From positions 360,001-392,000 of the forward strand of contig NZ_LT934425.1 of NCBI RefSeq assembly GCF_900232105.1: a DNA stretch of 32,000 nucleotides, in the 5' to 3' direction. Position numbers and translations under genes: made by a program. Under the pieces are notes generated by a model that worked only from the letters and a program-made list of their open reading frames with translations, was not told where the DNA came from and did not search any database. This document shows positions 1 to 8,306 of this stretch, in pieces (positions within the stretch are counted from its first letter, which is position 1; each line of letters starts with the position of its first letter). The DNA comes from Candidatus Kuenenia stuttgartensis (lineage in GTDB: Bacteria; Planctomycetota; Brocadiia; Brocadiales; Brocadiaceae).

Positions 1-142
1 TCACAAGTGTTTTCAGATATGCTTCAGCAAAAGAACTGCCTTCCTTCCTGATCAGCAATTCCTTCTCGGTTTCACCATGTTCTTCTTCAATTGTCCATAT
101 CAACTCCAGCAATTCTTCATGGCAAGACTCAATTATGTTCAC
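1..142 (-). CDS. Partial ORF, N-terminus only (continues past the left edge); possibly a DtxR-family metal-responsive regulator
   Basis: The minus-strand frame from a GTG at 142 reads VNIIESCHEELLELIWTIEEEHGETEKELLIRKEGSSFAEAYLKTLV and stays open to position 1. It overlaps the stop of the upstream ORF. The ELLE-IW--EEE pattern resembles N-termini of DtxR-type regulators encoded near feo genes. It is too short for a firm call. Confidence 0.3.
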   Translation of the reverse strand, partial: MNIIESCHEELLELIWTIEEEHGETEKELLIRKEGSSFAEAYLKTLV

Positions 143-551
143 GTTTTTTTTCTCCATACAGTTCCATTCTCAAACAATAGTTTGGTTTTGTTATTTTTAT
201 AAGAATTATCATGATGACAACCATAATACCGCCACCGATGAAATCATATTCCGAACGATATGTACGAAACACTATAATTTTTGAAAATACTTCTGAAAGA
301 ATTACTCCAAAAATAAAGCCGCCAATTAATGATATTATTTTATTTTTATTTATCCAGTTTCTGTTATCACGCAAGATAACAAGCTGTCCAGCCTTTACTT
401 TATTTAGTCCGGCTACCTTTATGATATCTTTTGTTCCTGTTTTCTTGGGGCATGACGAACAGTTACTACACGCGCTTTGTGTATCAACAATACATACCTC
501 TGCACACTCTTCCGAAAGAGAAACAATCCTGCCTATCATTTGTCCCATCAA
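129..551 (-). CDS. Cys-rich two-TM membrane protein, RseC/MucC-like, translationally coupled to feoB
   Basis: 140-aa ORF. The N-terminal GRIVSLSEECAEVCIVDTQSACSNCSSCPKK is followed by hydrophobic segments IISLIGGFIFGVILSEVF and IGGGIMVVIMIILI, which is the RseC architecture. Its start overlaps the feoB stop by 4 nt (548-551). Confidence 0.5.
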   Translation of the reverse strand: MMGQMIGRIVSLSEECAEVCIVDTQSACSNCSSCPKKTGTKDIIKVAGLNKVKAGQLVILRDNRNWINKNKIISLIGGFIFGVILSEVFSKIIVFRTYRSEYDFIGGGIMVVIMIILIKITKPNYCLRMELYGEKKREHN

Positions 552-2893
552 AATAAACGCAAAACAATTCTTAACAAACCCCCAACGAGTATAGAATAGG
601 GCAATATAAATGCAAACATTAAAAATGCGTTTTTCGCACCGCGCTCTTTGATCATAACAAAAAAATTTGCAATGCAGGGAATAAACAAGGTGATAACCAC
701 GAGGGAAACCAGTAACTGTTTTGGATCTATTACATGCCCCACCCCCTGTTCTTCCAACACTTTAAAAATACTAACCGCTCCATAATCTCTTCTTAAAAAC
801 CCTAAAATAAATCCGCGGGTCGTTTCAACCGGCAATCCTAAAAAATATCCGATTACTGGTTGCCCTATTTTCTCAACAAAAGATAACACTCCCAACTTTG
901 TAGCAACAAATAAAACAAGCGTACCCAGTACAAACAAAGGTACGGCCTCTTTCATAAACCAGTTAACCCGATAAAATGTCTTTATGAATATATTGGATAA
1001 TTTTGGCATGCGAAACGGAGGTATCTCCATTATAAAATCAGAGGGGGCGCCTGGCAGGATTATTGCTGATAAATAACCAACAAAAAAAAGCTGTGAGCAA
1101 ATAATAAGAAAATATGCCGCAAAATATATCCCGGAAATACTACCGAGAACACTTGCAATCACCCCTAGCTGCGCGGAACAGGGTACCGCCAATGCTAACA
1201 ACAGGGTGGCAATAATCCTTTCCTTTTTCGTATTTAAAATCCTGGTGGTCATCGTTGCCATCGTGTCACATCCCAAACCTAAAACCATTGGAAGCACGGC
1301 CTTTCCGTTTAATCCGATACGCTTAAATGTCTTGTCCACCATCACCCCCAGTCTGGGCAAATACCCGCTGTCTTCCATAATGCCAAATGCAAGAAAGAAA
1401 AACCCTACAATGGGGAAAACGATTGCAATCGCATAGGTAAGTCCTACCTGAATCAGCCCTGATTGCGCATTTAAAAATAATTCGTAAATCAAATTATCTT
1501 TACTCATTATTTTTTGTGCCAACAGTCCAATATAATAATTTATTCCCTCGAAATTGATGTGGGTAAAAGTATAAACCTTTTTAAGAAAAGGAATATACAC
1601 ACATAAATCAAAGCCATCCGAGGGCGTTTCCGCACTGCCAAATATCTTGTTTTCTAAAAAGTCCACACACACACCGGAACCAAACTCTCCCACCCATTTG
1701 TAAACTATCCACAAAATTATTATCAACAGGGGAAATGCAGCTATGGGATGCATGGTAATCCGCCCCAAAACTTCGGTAATTTTACTCCGTGTTTTAAATT
1801 CATTTTTATAAAGATACAACGTAAAATAAAGGGACATTATGCCGCCGGCAGAAAGTTCCAGCACGGTCTCAAGGACATCGGATACCTGCAACTTCATGGT
1901 AATTGCATACATGAGCAACGACATAAGTTTATATCCGATTAAAAAAGTCGTCAGGGGTACCAAAAAGAAGAAAAATACTCCCCTCATAAACGGCCGGGTT
2001 TCCGCCTCTTTTCCCGCTGCGGTTGTAACCTTTTCAATCAGACTGTCAACATAATGTGAGCGTTTAATGCTAATAACGTACCCTAACGGATTACTAAAAT
2101 GTCTCTGCACGTCTTCACGTATTCCGGCAATTTCTTGCAACGAAACTTCCGGTAATTTTTCCTTTAATTTTCTTTCCAGCGATTCGTCATGCGATAACAA
2201 CATAATCGCCAAAGCCCTGTCGTTCACCACCATTAGATTGTTAAGTATCTTGCCTACCCTTGAAATTCCTTCTTCAATATATCTGCCGTAATTAATCCGG
2301 ATGTCCGGCACACTGGCAAGAGGCACCGAATGAAACAACTCTCTGAAACCTACCTTGTGTGTTGCAATAGTTTTCACTATAGGAATCTTCAAATAATCCT
2401 GCAAGGCATTGATATCAACATTCATCCCTCTGTCAAGGAGTTCATCCCACATATTAAGTACCAGCAAGACCGGCAACCCCATTTCAGCGATCTGGGTTGT
2501 TATCAATAAACCACGCCTCAGGTTTTTAGCATCGATAACCTGAACAATGCGCTTATCGTAATCTTCCAGCAAAATATCCCTTGCAACTGCCTCATCTTCA
2601 GAAAGCGGTATGAGACTATTCGCGCCCGGCGTATCTATCACTTCGATACCCCCTTCATACCCTTTATATACCCCACGCGATACTTCCACCGTGGTGCCCG
2701 GATAGTTTGATACTGTTACGTATTTACCCGTAAGTAACCCAAAAATAACACTCTTTCCGACATTCGGGTTTCCGACAAGTGCCAATTTGAAGGTACCTGC
2801 ACTCTTAATATTCATATACGTATTACCCGTAACTGCTCTTTCATTTAATTTAACGTTTAGTACCTTATCAGTAATTTCTTTGCACACTTCCAT
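548..2893 (-). CDS. feoB: Ferrous iron transporter FeoB (N-terminal GTPase plus polytopic membrane domain)
   Basis: 781-aa ORF with G1 GNPNVGKS, G3 VIDTPGANSL and G4 LNMWD, followed by a long hydrophobic permease region. An alternative start at Met27 (2815) would remove a 26-aa extension with no recognisable domain. Confidence 0.95.
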   Translation of the reverse strand: MEVCKEITDKVLNVKLNERAVTGNTYMNIKSAGTFKLALVGNPNVGKSVIFGLLTGKYVTVSNYPGTTVEVSRGVYKGYEGGIEVIDTPGANSLIPLSEDEAVARDILLEDYDKRIVQVIDAKNLRRGLLITTQIAEMGLPVLLVLNMWDELLDRGMNVDINALQDYLKIPIVKTIATHKVGFRELFHSVPLASVPDIRINYGRYIEEGISRVGKILNNLMVVNDRALAIMLLSHDESLERKLKEKLPEVSLQEIAGIREDVQRHFSNPLGYVISIKRSHYVDSLIEKVTTAAGKEAETRPFMRGVFFFFLVPLTTFLIGYKLMSLLMYAITMKLQVSDVLETVLELSAGGIMSLYFTLYLYKNEFKTRSKITEVLGRITMHPIAAFPLLIIILWIVYKWVGEFGSGVCVDFLENKIFGSAETPSDGFDLCVYIPFLKKVYTFTHINFEGINYYIGLLAQKIMSKDNLIYELFLNAQSGLIQVGLTYAIAIVFPIVGFFFLAFGIMEDSGYLPRLGVMVDKTFKRIGLNGKAVLPMVLGLGCDTMATMTTRILNTKKERIIATLLLALAVPCSAQLGVIASVLGSISGIYFAAYFLIICSQLFFVGYLSAIILPGAPSDFIMEIPPFRMPKLSNIFIKTFYRVNWFMKEAVPLFVLGTLVLFVATKLGVLSFVEKIGQPVIGYFLGLPVETTRGFILGFLRRDYGAVSIFKVLEEQGVGHVIDPKQLLVSLVVITLFIPCIANFFVMIKERGAKNAFLMFAFILPYSILVGGLLRIVLRLF

Positions 2894-2927
2894 TCGTCAG
2901 TGCGTGCTTTGTAGCAAAATATTTAAT

Positions 2928-3007
2928 GGTGGAATCCGAATATTTAATTTTTTAATCTGTGCAATCTGTGGTTCCGCCTTTAGTATTTCGTGCATGTTTG
3001 GTTCTGG
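2928..3007. repeat. Short low-complexity palindromic repeat (family E, short version)
   Basis: ggtggaatccgaa...aatctgtgcaatctgtgg...tagtatttcgtgcatgtttggttctgg. The 16-mer gcatgtttggttctgg (2992-3007) recurs exactly at 28052-28067, where the aatccgaa and tatttcgt motifs also recur. Confidence 0.6.
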
Positions 3008-3099
3008 CTTGATTGATAATGAGTCTCAGCAAAAACAGTCTACTTCCTTTCCGGTTTAAGTCAAGTAATTTCTGCGTAGAGGATTTGATGAACTCTTTC

Positions 3100-3603
3100 T
3101 TAAATATCCGGAGGGAGAATGATGTTGCCGTTTTTCAACGTGTTTGATTTGAATCTCTTAAGTTGTGGGAGAAATGGACTATACTCCCATTCGAGGTGGT
3201 ATTTATTATAGAGCGTCTTGATTAACCGATGGTATTTTTCATGTATTGATTGGGTTTCATCTTTATGTCTTTCGTCACAATAAAATGCCCTGCAGGAAAG
3301 CATCCGAAAGTTCCTGATACTGCATAAATCATTTTTGAGAAATGGACAAACATCTCTTGAAATATCAAAATCGTGAACAGACACATTTTTAGTTACATAA
3401 TCAACTTCAACACTGCTTGCATACAGCACATGGTCATATTCCCCGAAATTGCCGCACATTCCACATTTATTACATCTGGGATTAATCAAAGACACTTCAT
3501 GCTCTAAGAGACAATAAAGTTCCTTTAACTCCGAAAACAGTTGATCATTATGAGCTGTTTCCTTTTCTGCAATAATACTATTATCCGGCAAATCGATTTT
3601 CAT
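3100..3603 (-). CDS. Divergent YkgJ/UPF0153-like Cys-cluster protein
   Basis: 167-aa ORF with CNKCGMCGNFG, CPFLKNDLCSIRNF and LSCRAFYC. Its start overlaps the upstream paralogue by 23 nt. Confidence 0.55.
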   Translation of the reverse strand: MKIDLPDNSIIAEKETAHNDQLFSELKELYCLLEHEVSLINPRCNKCGMCGNFGEYDHVLYASSVEVDYVTKNVSVHDFDISRDVCPFLKNDLCSIRNFRMLSCRAFYCDERHKDETQSIHEKYHRLIKTLYNKYHLEWEYSPFLPQLKRFKSNTLKNGNIILPPDI

Positions 3604-4039
3604 ACATTATCAAATTCTTTCGTATTGTTTTCAAATTATGCAACCGCCCTTTATCTATGCCTGCACACTGCCCCTTTAACTTTTCCCACTCGTTCTTTTC
3701 TTTGATGTTCGAAGACCAAAAAGGAAACGTTCTGCATTGGCATGGTCTAACTTCATATATAACGCAACCGTTGTTATACATAACGCAATCGCCATTGCCA
3801 TATTCCACCAAACTAATTCGCCCATAAACATTTCTTAAATATTTTTTTGCAAACATTTCCTGAGTAATTCCCAGAAATCGGGAAATGTCTTTAATCTCTT
3901 TGTCATTCACCCAAACAACCCCTGGCTCCCCACGGCAACACTTGCCACACTGCTGGCATTCAAACTGTAGTCCTTTTTTGTACCAGGGCTTACAATCTGC
4001 TCCATCCTCTTTATCTTTTGTTTGTTCGCTGCAATCCAT
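3581..4039 (-). CDS. YkgJ-family (CxxCxxCC) putative Fe-S/Zn cluster protein
   Basis: 152-aa ORF with the canonical CQQCGKCCRGEPG motif, then GDCVMY...GCVIYEVRPCQCRTFPFW. Confidence 0.8.
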   Translation of the reverse strand: MDCSEQTKDKEDGADCKPWYKKGLQFECQQCGKCCRGEPGVVWVNDKEIKDISRFLGITQEMFAKKYLRNVYGRISLVEYGNGDCVMYNNGCVIYEVRPCQCRTFPFWSSNIKEKNEWEKLKGQCAGIDKGRLHNLKTIRKNLIMYENRFAG

Positions 4040-4327
4040 ATCTCAAATAAATAATTTCTCTTCTATACTTCCCACTTTTTGCGTTTATTCCACACAGTAA
4101 AATTTCTCATATATTGAAAATCTATCGGGAAATAACAATACAATTTTAACTTTGAAATGTAAAGGAAGAAATAATGGTAAAACTCCACATTCTGAAGCAA
4201 TGAATATGTACAATAAACAATTAATAATTCAATAGCTATTAACAAAAAACCATACTAGAATATATTTTTAATCTTTCTGGATGAACGGTAGTTGAAACAA
4301 TCTGTTTATGGGTTGACATTTTAAGCA

Positions 4328-5755
4328 GTGAATGTCCTTCTTGTTATCACCAATCGTTATCGCGGTCCAATACCTGTCATGCCCCTCGGAGCATGTATGG
4401 TTGCTGATGCCACTGTACGGGCTGGTTATCATGTTCAGGTATTAGACTTAATGTTTGTTCGTAACCCATTACGCGCCCTCTGTTCATCCCTCGATAAAAT
4501 ACAACCTGATGTCATAGGACTCTCTGTACGAAATATCGACAACAATGATATGTTACATCCGGTAGCGTTCTATAAAGATTTGAAACTACTTGTCGATGCA
4601 ATTCGCACAAAAACGAAAGCTATGCTTATCCTGGGAGGTGCCGGTGCAGGGGTTATGCCAGAACAACTCCTCAATTATACCGGCGCAGATTGGGTAATCA
4701 CAGGAAACGGAGAGGTTGTCTTTCCCGAAGTGTTGGATGTTCTTTCTAAAAATGAAAAGCCGATTCATGTGCCCGGTATTGCGTGGAATGACAAAACAGG
4801 TTTTAAAATAAATGCTCATAGTGGAAGCAATTTTTTATTGAACAACGTAATCCCTGATTTTCGTCGATGGATTAATGTGCCCGCGTATTTATCACGGTTT
4901 TCCACTATTCCCATTCAAACGAAACTCGGGTGCCACTTTCAATGTGTCTATTGCACGTATAGAAAACTTGAGGGCATTTCTTACCGGTTATGTGATTCTG
5001 AACAGGTAGCAAATGCGATTATTGAATTGACAAAAAGCGGTATGAAAGATATTGAGTTTGTAGACAATGTATTTAATTCCCCTTACGGACACGCACTGGA
5101 TATCTGTGATTCGATTGCAAAGACTGGAATAAATGCCAGATTCCAAACGGTGGAGTTGAATCCTCTTTTTATTGACGATAAACTTCTTCATGTAATGGAA
5201 CGTGCAGGTTTTGTTGGTATAGGCATTACCGTTGAAAGCGCTGCCGACCCCGTCCTTGAACGTTTAAAGAAAGGTTTTACCGCGCGTGAGATCTATAGGT
5301 CATCTGAAATAATCCGGAAACATACTATGCCTTGTTTATGGATATTTATGTTCGGCGGGCCAGGTGAAACGGAAGACACTGTTATGGAAACACTTGATTT
5401 CGCGAAAAGACAAATTCGCCCTGAAGATGTAGCGCTTTTTATGATAGGAATACGCATATATCCAGGTACTGAGCTTGAAAATATAGCACGGTCAGAGGAC
5501 GTATTAACCGTTTCTCCCCATAACATGCTTGAACCGGTATTTTACTTTTCTCCAACCATTCAGTTGGAATGGTTATTGAAAACAATCCGTTCTGCCATGT
5601 CGGTACACATGAATTTTATGACTCCCAAAGCTATCGGTTTGCCGTTCCTTCCTGCTCTGAATCGTATAGGATATTGGCTGGGAATCAAACCTCCTCTCTG
5701 GAAAAATACACGATTCATTCGCAGAGGGCTTAGATATTTGGGTAGAGATATATAA
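4328..5755 (+). CDS. B12-binding-domain radical SAM enzyme (class B type)
   Basis: 475-aa ORF with a GTG start; an in-frame TAA lies immediately upstream. The N-terminal Rossmann-like VLLVITN...PLGACMVADATVRAGYHVQVLDL...DVIGLSVR is followed by the radical SAM cluster motif CHFQCVYCTY (CxxxCxxC). Confidence 0.9.
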   Translation: MNVLLVITNRYRGPIPVMPLGACMVADATVRAGYHVQVLDLMFVRNPLRALCSSLDKIQPDVIGLSVRNIDNNDMLHPVAFYKDLKLLVDAIRTKTKAMLILGGAGAGVMPEQLLNYTGADWVITGNGEVVFPEVLDVLSKNEKPIHVPGIAWNDKTGFKINAHSGSNFLLNNVIPDFRRWINVPAYLSRFSTIPIQTKLGCHFQCVYCTYRKLEGISYRLCDSEQVANAIIELTKSGMKDIEFVDNVFNSPYGHALDICDSIAKTGINARFQTVELNPLFIDDKLLHVMERAGFVGIGITVESAADPVLERLKKGFTAREIYRSSEIIRKHTMPCLWIFMFGGPGETEDTVMETLDFAKRQIRPEDVALFMIGIRIYPGTELENIARSEDVLTVSPHNMLEPVFYFSPTIQLEWLLKTIRSAMSVHMNFMTPKAIGLPFLPALNRIGYWLGIKPPLWKNTRFIRRGLRYLGRDI

Positions 5756-5765
5756 TGTAATAATC

Positions 5766-6827
5766 TTGCTTATGTTTAATGAAAATGTATCTATAGCCTC
5801 ATTATCTACAGTAACACCGCCGTATGTGATAAAACAGGCAGAAGCGGAAGCTTTTCTCGCAAAACATTATGCCAGTAAATTAGGGCCAAAAAGTCTTGCA
5901 AGAATGAAAAAGATTTTCGCTCATCCGGGTGTATTATGCAGACATATTGCAACAGATAACATTGAATGCCTTGTCAATGAACCTCCGGATAGTCGTATTA
6001 CCCGTTTCACAAATTGGGCAATAGAGCTTTCGTCGCAAGCAATTAATGACTCCCTCGCACAGGCTGGTTTAACGAAAGATACCATAACAGGATTGGTAGT
6101 AAACACCTGTACCGGATACATTTGCCCGGGAATTTCTACATACCTTATAGAAAAGCTTGGTTTATCTAAACGAATAAGGATTCACGACCTTGTAGGAAGC
6201 GGTTGTGGCGGTTCTATCCCCAATCTACAGATTTGTAAAGATATGATACAGTCGAATGGAGATGGAGTGGTCGTAAGTGTTTCGGTAGAAATTTGCAGCG
6301 CAACATTTCAAATGGCAGACGATTTGAGTTTAATCGTCTCAAATGCGATCTTTGCTGACGGGGCAGCGGCAACCGTTCTATGGAAACGTCCTGGAATATT
6401 TACCTTGGTTGCTTCTGCCAGCAGGTGTGACACTCATCATCGCGAAGATATACGATACATATACAAAAATGGGCAATTGCATAACCAGCTTTCTCAGAAA
6501 TTACCTGCGATTGCCAGTAAAACTGTTTCTCAGGTTGTAATGGACTTGCTAACACCCTGGAAACTAAAACCTGAGGATATTGAACACTGGGCCTTCCATC
6601 CGGGAGGGGAAAAAGTAATCAATGCTATCAGGAACGAGCTGGGACTTTCCGAATCACAACTACAACCAACCCGTGACGTTTTGGCGAGGTATGGAAACAT
6701 GTCTTCCCCGACAGTATTGTTTGTGTTGCAAGAAATTATAAGGAAAAGCATTGCTCCCGGCGATTGGTGTGTAATGGTAGCGTTCGGCGCCGGGCTGAGC
6801 GCTCATGGATTTCTTCTTAGACATTAA
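5766..6827 (+). CDS. Type III polyketide synthase (chalcone/stilbene synthase superfamily)
   Basis: 353-aa ORF with the Cys-His-Asn triad contexts VVNTCTGYICPG, WAFHPGGEKVINAI and YGNMSSPTVLFVL. TTG at 5766 or ATG at 5772, only 10-16 nt after the radical SAM stop codon. Confidence 0.9.
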   Translation: MLMFNENVSIASLSTVTPPYVIKQAEAEAFLAKHYASKLGPKSLARMKKIFAHPGVLCRHIATDNIECLVNEPPDSRITRFTNWAIELSSQAINDSLAQAGLTKDTITGLVVNTCTGYICPGISTYLIEKLGLSKRIRIHDLVGSGCGGSIPNLQICKDMIQSNGDGVVVSVSVEICSATFQMADDLSLIVSNAIFADGAAATVLWKRPGIFTLVASASRCDTHHREDIRYIYKNGQLHNQLSQKLPAIASKTVSQVVMDLLTPWKLKPEDIEHWAFHPGGEKVINAIRNELGLSESQLQPTRDVLARYGNMSSPTVLFVLQEIIRKSIAPGDWCVMVAFGAGLSAHGFLLRH

Positions 6828-6871
6828 AAATCGTCGCAACAGTGGGGTCAAACCTCCATATTTCAATTATC

Positions 6872-7008
6872 GTAACACTTTAGTCTTTTGAAAAATTCCA
6901 ATAATAGCAATGTTTGGCGCATAGTGTAGGGACGACGGATGATGAACATCCTTCGTCTTTCGTGCTTCGTCCCTGCTCTTACGTTTTTCAAAAAAACTAA
7001 AGTGTTAT
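6872..7008. repeat. MITE-like palindromic element, TIR family A, core type 1
   Basis: The left end gtaacactttagtcttttgaaaaattccaataat pairs with the right end tttttcaaaaaaactaaagtgttat. There is an internal hairpin gtagggacgacgg...cttcgtccctgc. It lies 45 nt after the PKS stop. Confidence 0.8.
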
Positions 7009-7032
7009 CCAACTTCTCATTATCCCGCGATA

Positions 7033-7530
7033 TGGGAGCATTCCCGATTTTTTGTAAAAATGCCATTAGCGGGGAGAGGGAAAGGAATAGTAACACAAGC
7101 TTCCTGTTTGAGGGTAAAATGCCACAAGCAGGATGTTTGTGTTACAATGTACAATTAGTTAACCAAAAATCGGGAATGCGCCTGTTGTTCAAACTATGTC
7201 CCCCGCTGGCGGGGGTGCAGGGGGTGGACTGGATTTCTCCATCGATTCAACTACCCCTTTATTATGAAAACAAATTTGACCCTCTTTCCCACACTCCGCA
7301 GACTGGTCAAATGGACAATTTTATACTGTTTCGTGACATGCATTCCCGCAGAACGTAGGAATGAGAAGAAAAATTTATGGCTATTCATGTTATAAACCTC
7401 CCTGATTTCCTCCGCAGACAATTCCACCCCCTTAATCCCCCGCCAGCGGGGGACAAGGCTTGCCACATCCCTTGCAGCGTTGTTTTGCCCCAATCACACA
7501 AACGGTTACAAAAAATCGGAAATGCTCCTC
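7033..7530. repeat. Nested inverted-repeat cluster (families C and D)
   Basis: gcattcccgattttttg (7038-7054) pairs with its complements caaaaatcgggaatgc (7164-7179) and acaaaaaatcggaaatgc (7508-7525). The G/C-rich arm gtcccccgctggcgggggtgcagggggtgga (7198-7228) pairs with tccacccccttaatcccccgccagcgggggac (7424-7453). Confidence 0.7.
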
Positions 7531-7650
7531 GCGATATCCTTCGGCTTCCCTTGCAATATGCGGTATTACAGTCATCAACCTGAATAATGAGACCTCCCAA
7601 GTTCATTTATGTACCTTTCCCGGCCATACCGCCACTCTCAACTCCGACGA

Positions 7651-7689
7651 CTTGATGTAGAGACGCATTGTATGCGCCTCTACATCAAG
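7651..7689. repeat. Long near-perfect hairpin (18-bp stem, 3-nt loop)
   Basis: cttgatgtagagacgcat-tgt-atgcgcctctacatcaag, with one mismatch in the stem and no flanking U-run. Confidence 0.7.
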
Positions 7690-7966
7690 AGTAACAACAG
7701 AATAAAGTCACTGACAAAGGCGGCCTAATTTATTGAAATGCAATTTTCAAACAGCTAAAATGCTGGAAACGAGTTAAGCTGAAAAGAACTCCCCTTGCTG
7801 ATTCCCTATTTATGCTAGTTTGCACAAATATATCATACTTATATTTTTTCAGAATGCCCAAAAAATTGCTTGATTCAGAAAGTTATTTACTGTATTCTAA
7901 CCCCTACTTTAGCTTGTCCTTATGGTTATCTTATATACGCCATATTTTTAGAAAGGAGAAAGTTGT

Positions 7967-8278
7967 ATGAATAAACAGGAGTTAGTTGAGTATGTTGCGA
8001 ATGAATGTAGTGTTTCTAAGACTTGCGGAGAAAAGGCGGTAAACGCTGTATTGAACGGCATCAAGCAGGGAGTAAAGAAATCGAACGAAGTGCGTCTTAT
8101 TGGTTTCGGAACCTTTTCAGTAAAAGAAAGAAAAGCACGAAAAGGAAGGAATCCCCAAACGGGAGCAGTTATTAATATTAAGGCAAGCAAAACTGTTAAA
8201 TTCAGCGTAGGACAAGATTTTAAAAAGGTTGTAGCAAAAGGTGGTTCCGCTTCAACAGGAAAAATGAAAAAGAAGTAA
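7967..8278 (+). CDS. hup: HU/IHF-family nucleoid protein with a Lys-rich C-terminal tail
   Basis: 103-aa ORF MNKQELVEYVA...VRLIGFGTFSVKERKARKGRNPQTGAVINIKASKTVKFSVG, which is the HU arm motif. A strong SD aaaggag lies 8-9 nt upstream. The tail is KKVVAKGGSASTGKMKKK. Confidence 0.95.
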   Translation: MNKQELVEYVANECSVSKTCGEKAVNAVLNGIKQGVKKSNEVRLIGFGTFSVKERKARKGRNPQTGAVINIKASKTVKFSVGQDFKKVVAKGGSASTGKMKKK

Positions 8279-8306
8279 TAATTACATATACATTTACTAT
8301 TATTGT

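Noticed and set aside
2815-2893. The 26-aa N-terminal extension of FeoB as a fused FeoA remnant
   Set aside because: It is far too short for the roughly 75-aa FeoA SH3-like domain and has no recognisable motif. More likely it is an over-extended ORF or a simple leader.
3011-3029. A Fur-box-like gattgataatgagtctcag upstream of feoB
   Set aside because: Only about 11 of 15 aligned positions match the GATAATGATAATCATTATC consensus and the dyad is weak. It also lies in an AT-rich repeat context. That is not enough to call an operator without a PWM scan.
4063-4245. A 60-aa minus-strand ORF in the divergent spacer
   Set aside because: It is an AT-rich, low-complexity translation with no SD, lying in a promoter region.
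4040-4327. A possible cobalamin riboswitch or clear sigma-70 promoter upstream of the B12-radical SAM gene
   Set aside because: There is no B12-box-like conserved core or plausible multi-stem structure. Several weak -35/-10 candidates exist (for example ttgaca at 4313), but none has convincing spacing relative to the GTG start.
6863-7660. Seven overlapping 66-139-aa ORFs in the PKS-hup spacer
   Set aside because: All are composed of MITE/REP sequence (for example LLEFFKRLKCYDN, PPAGDKA) and mutually overlap on both strands. The same pseudo-peptides recur wherever the repeats occur: 23410-23800, 31657-31954 and the first 23 codons of the ligase ORF.
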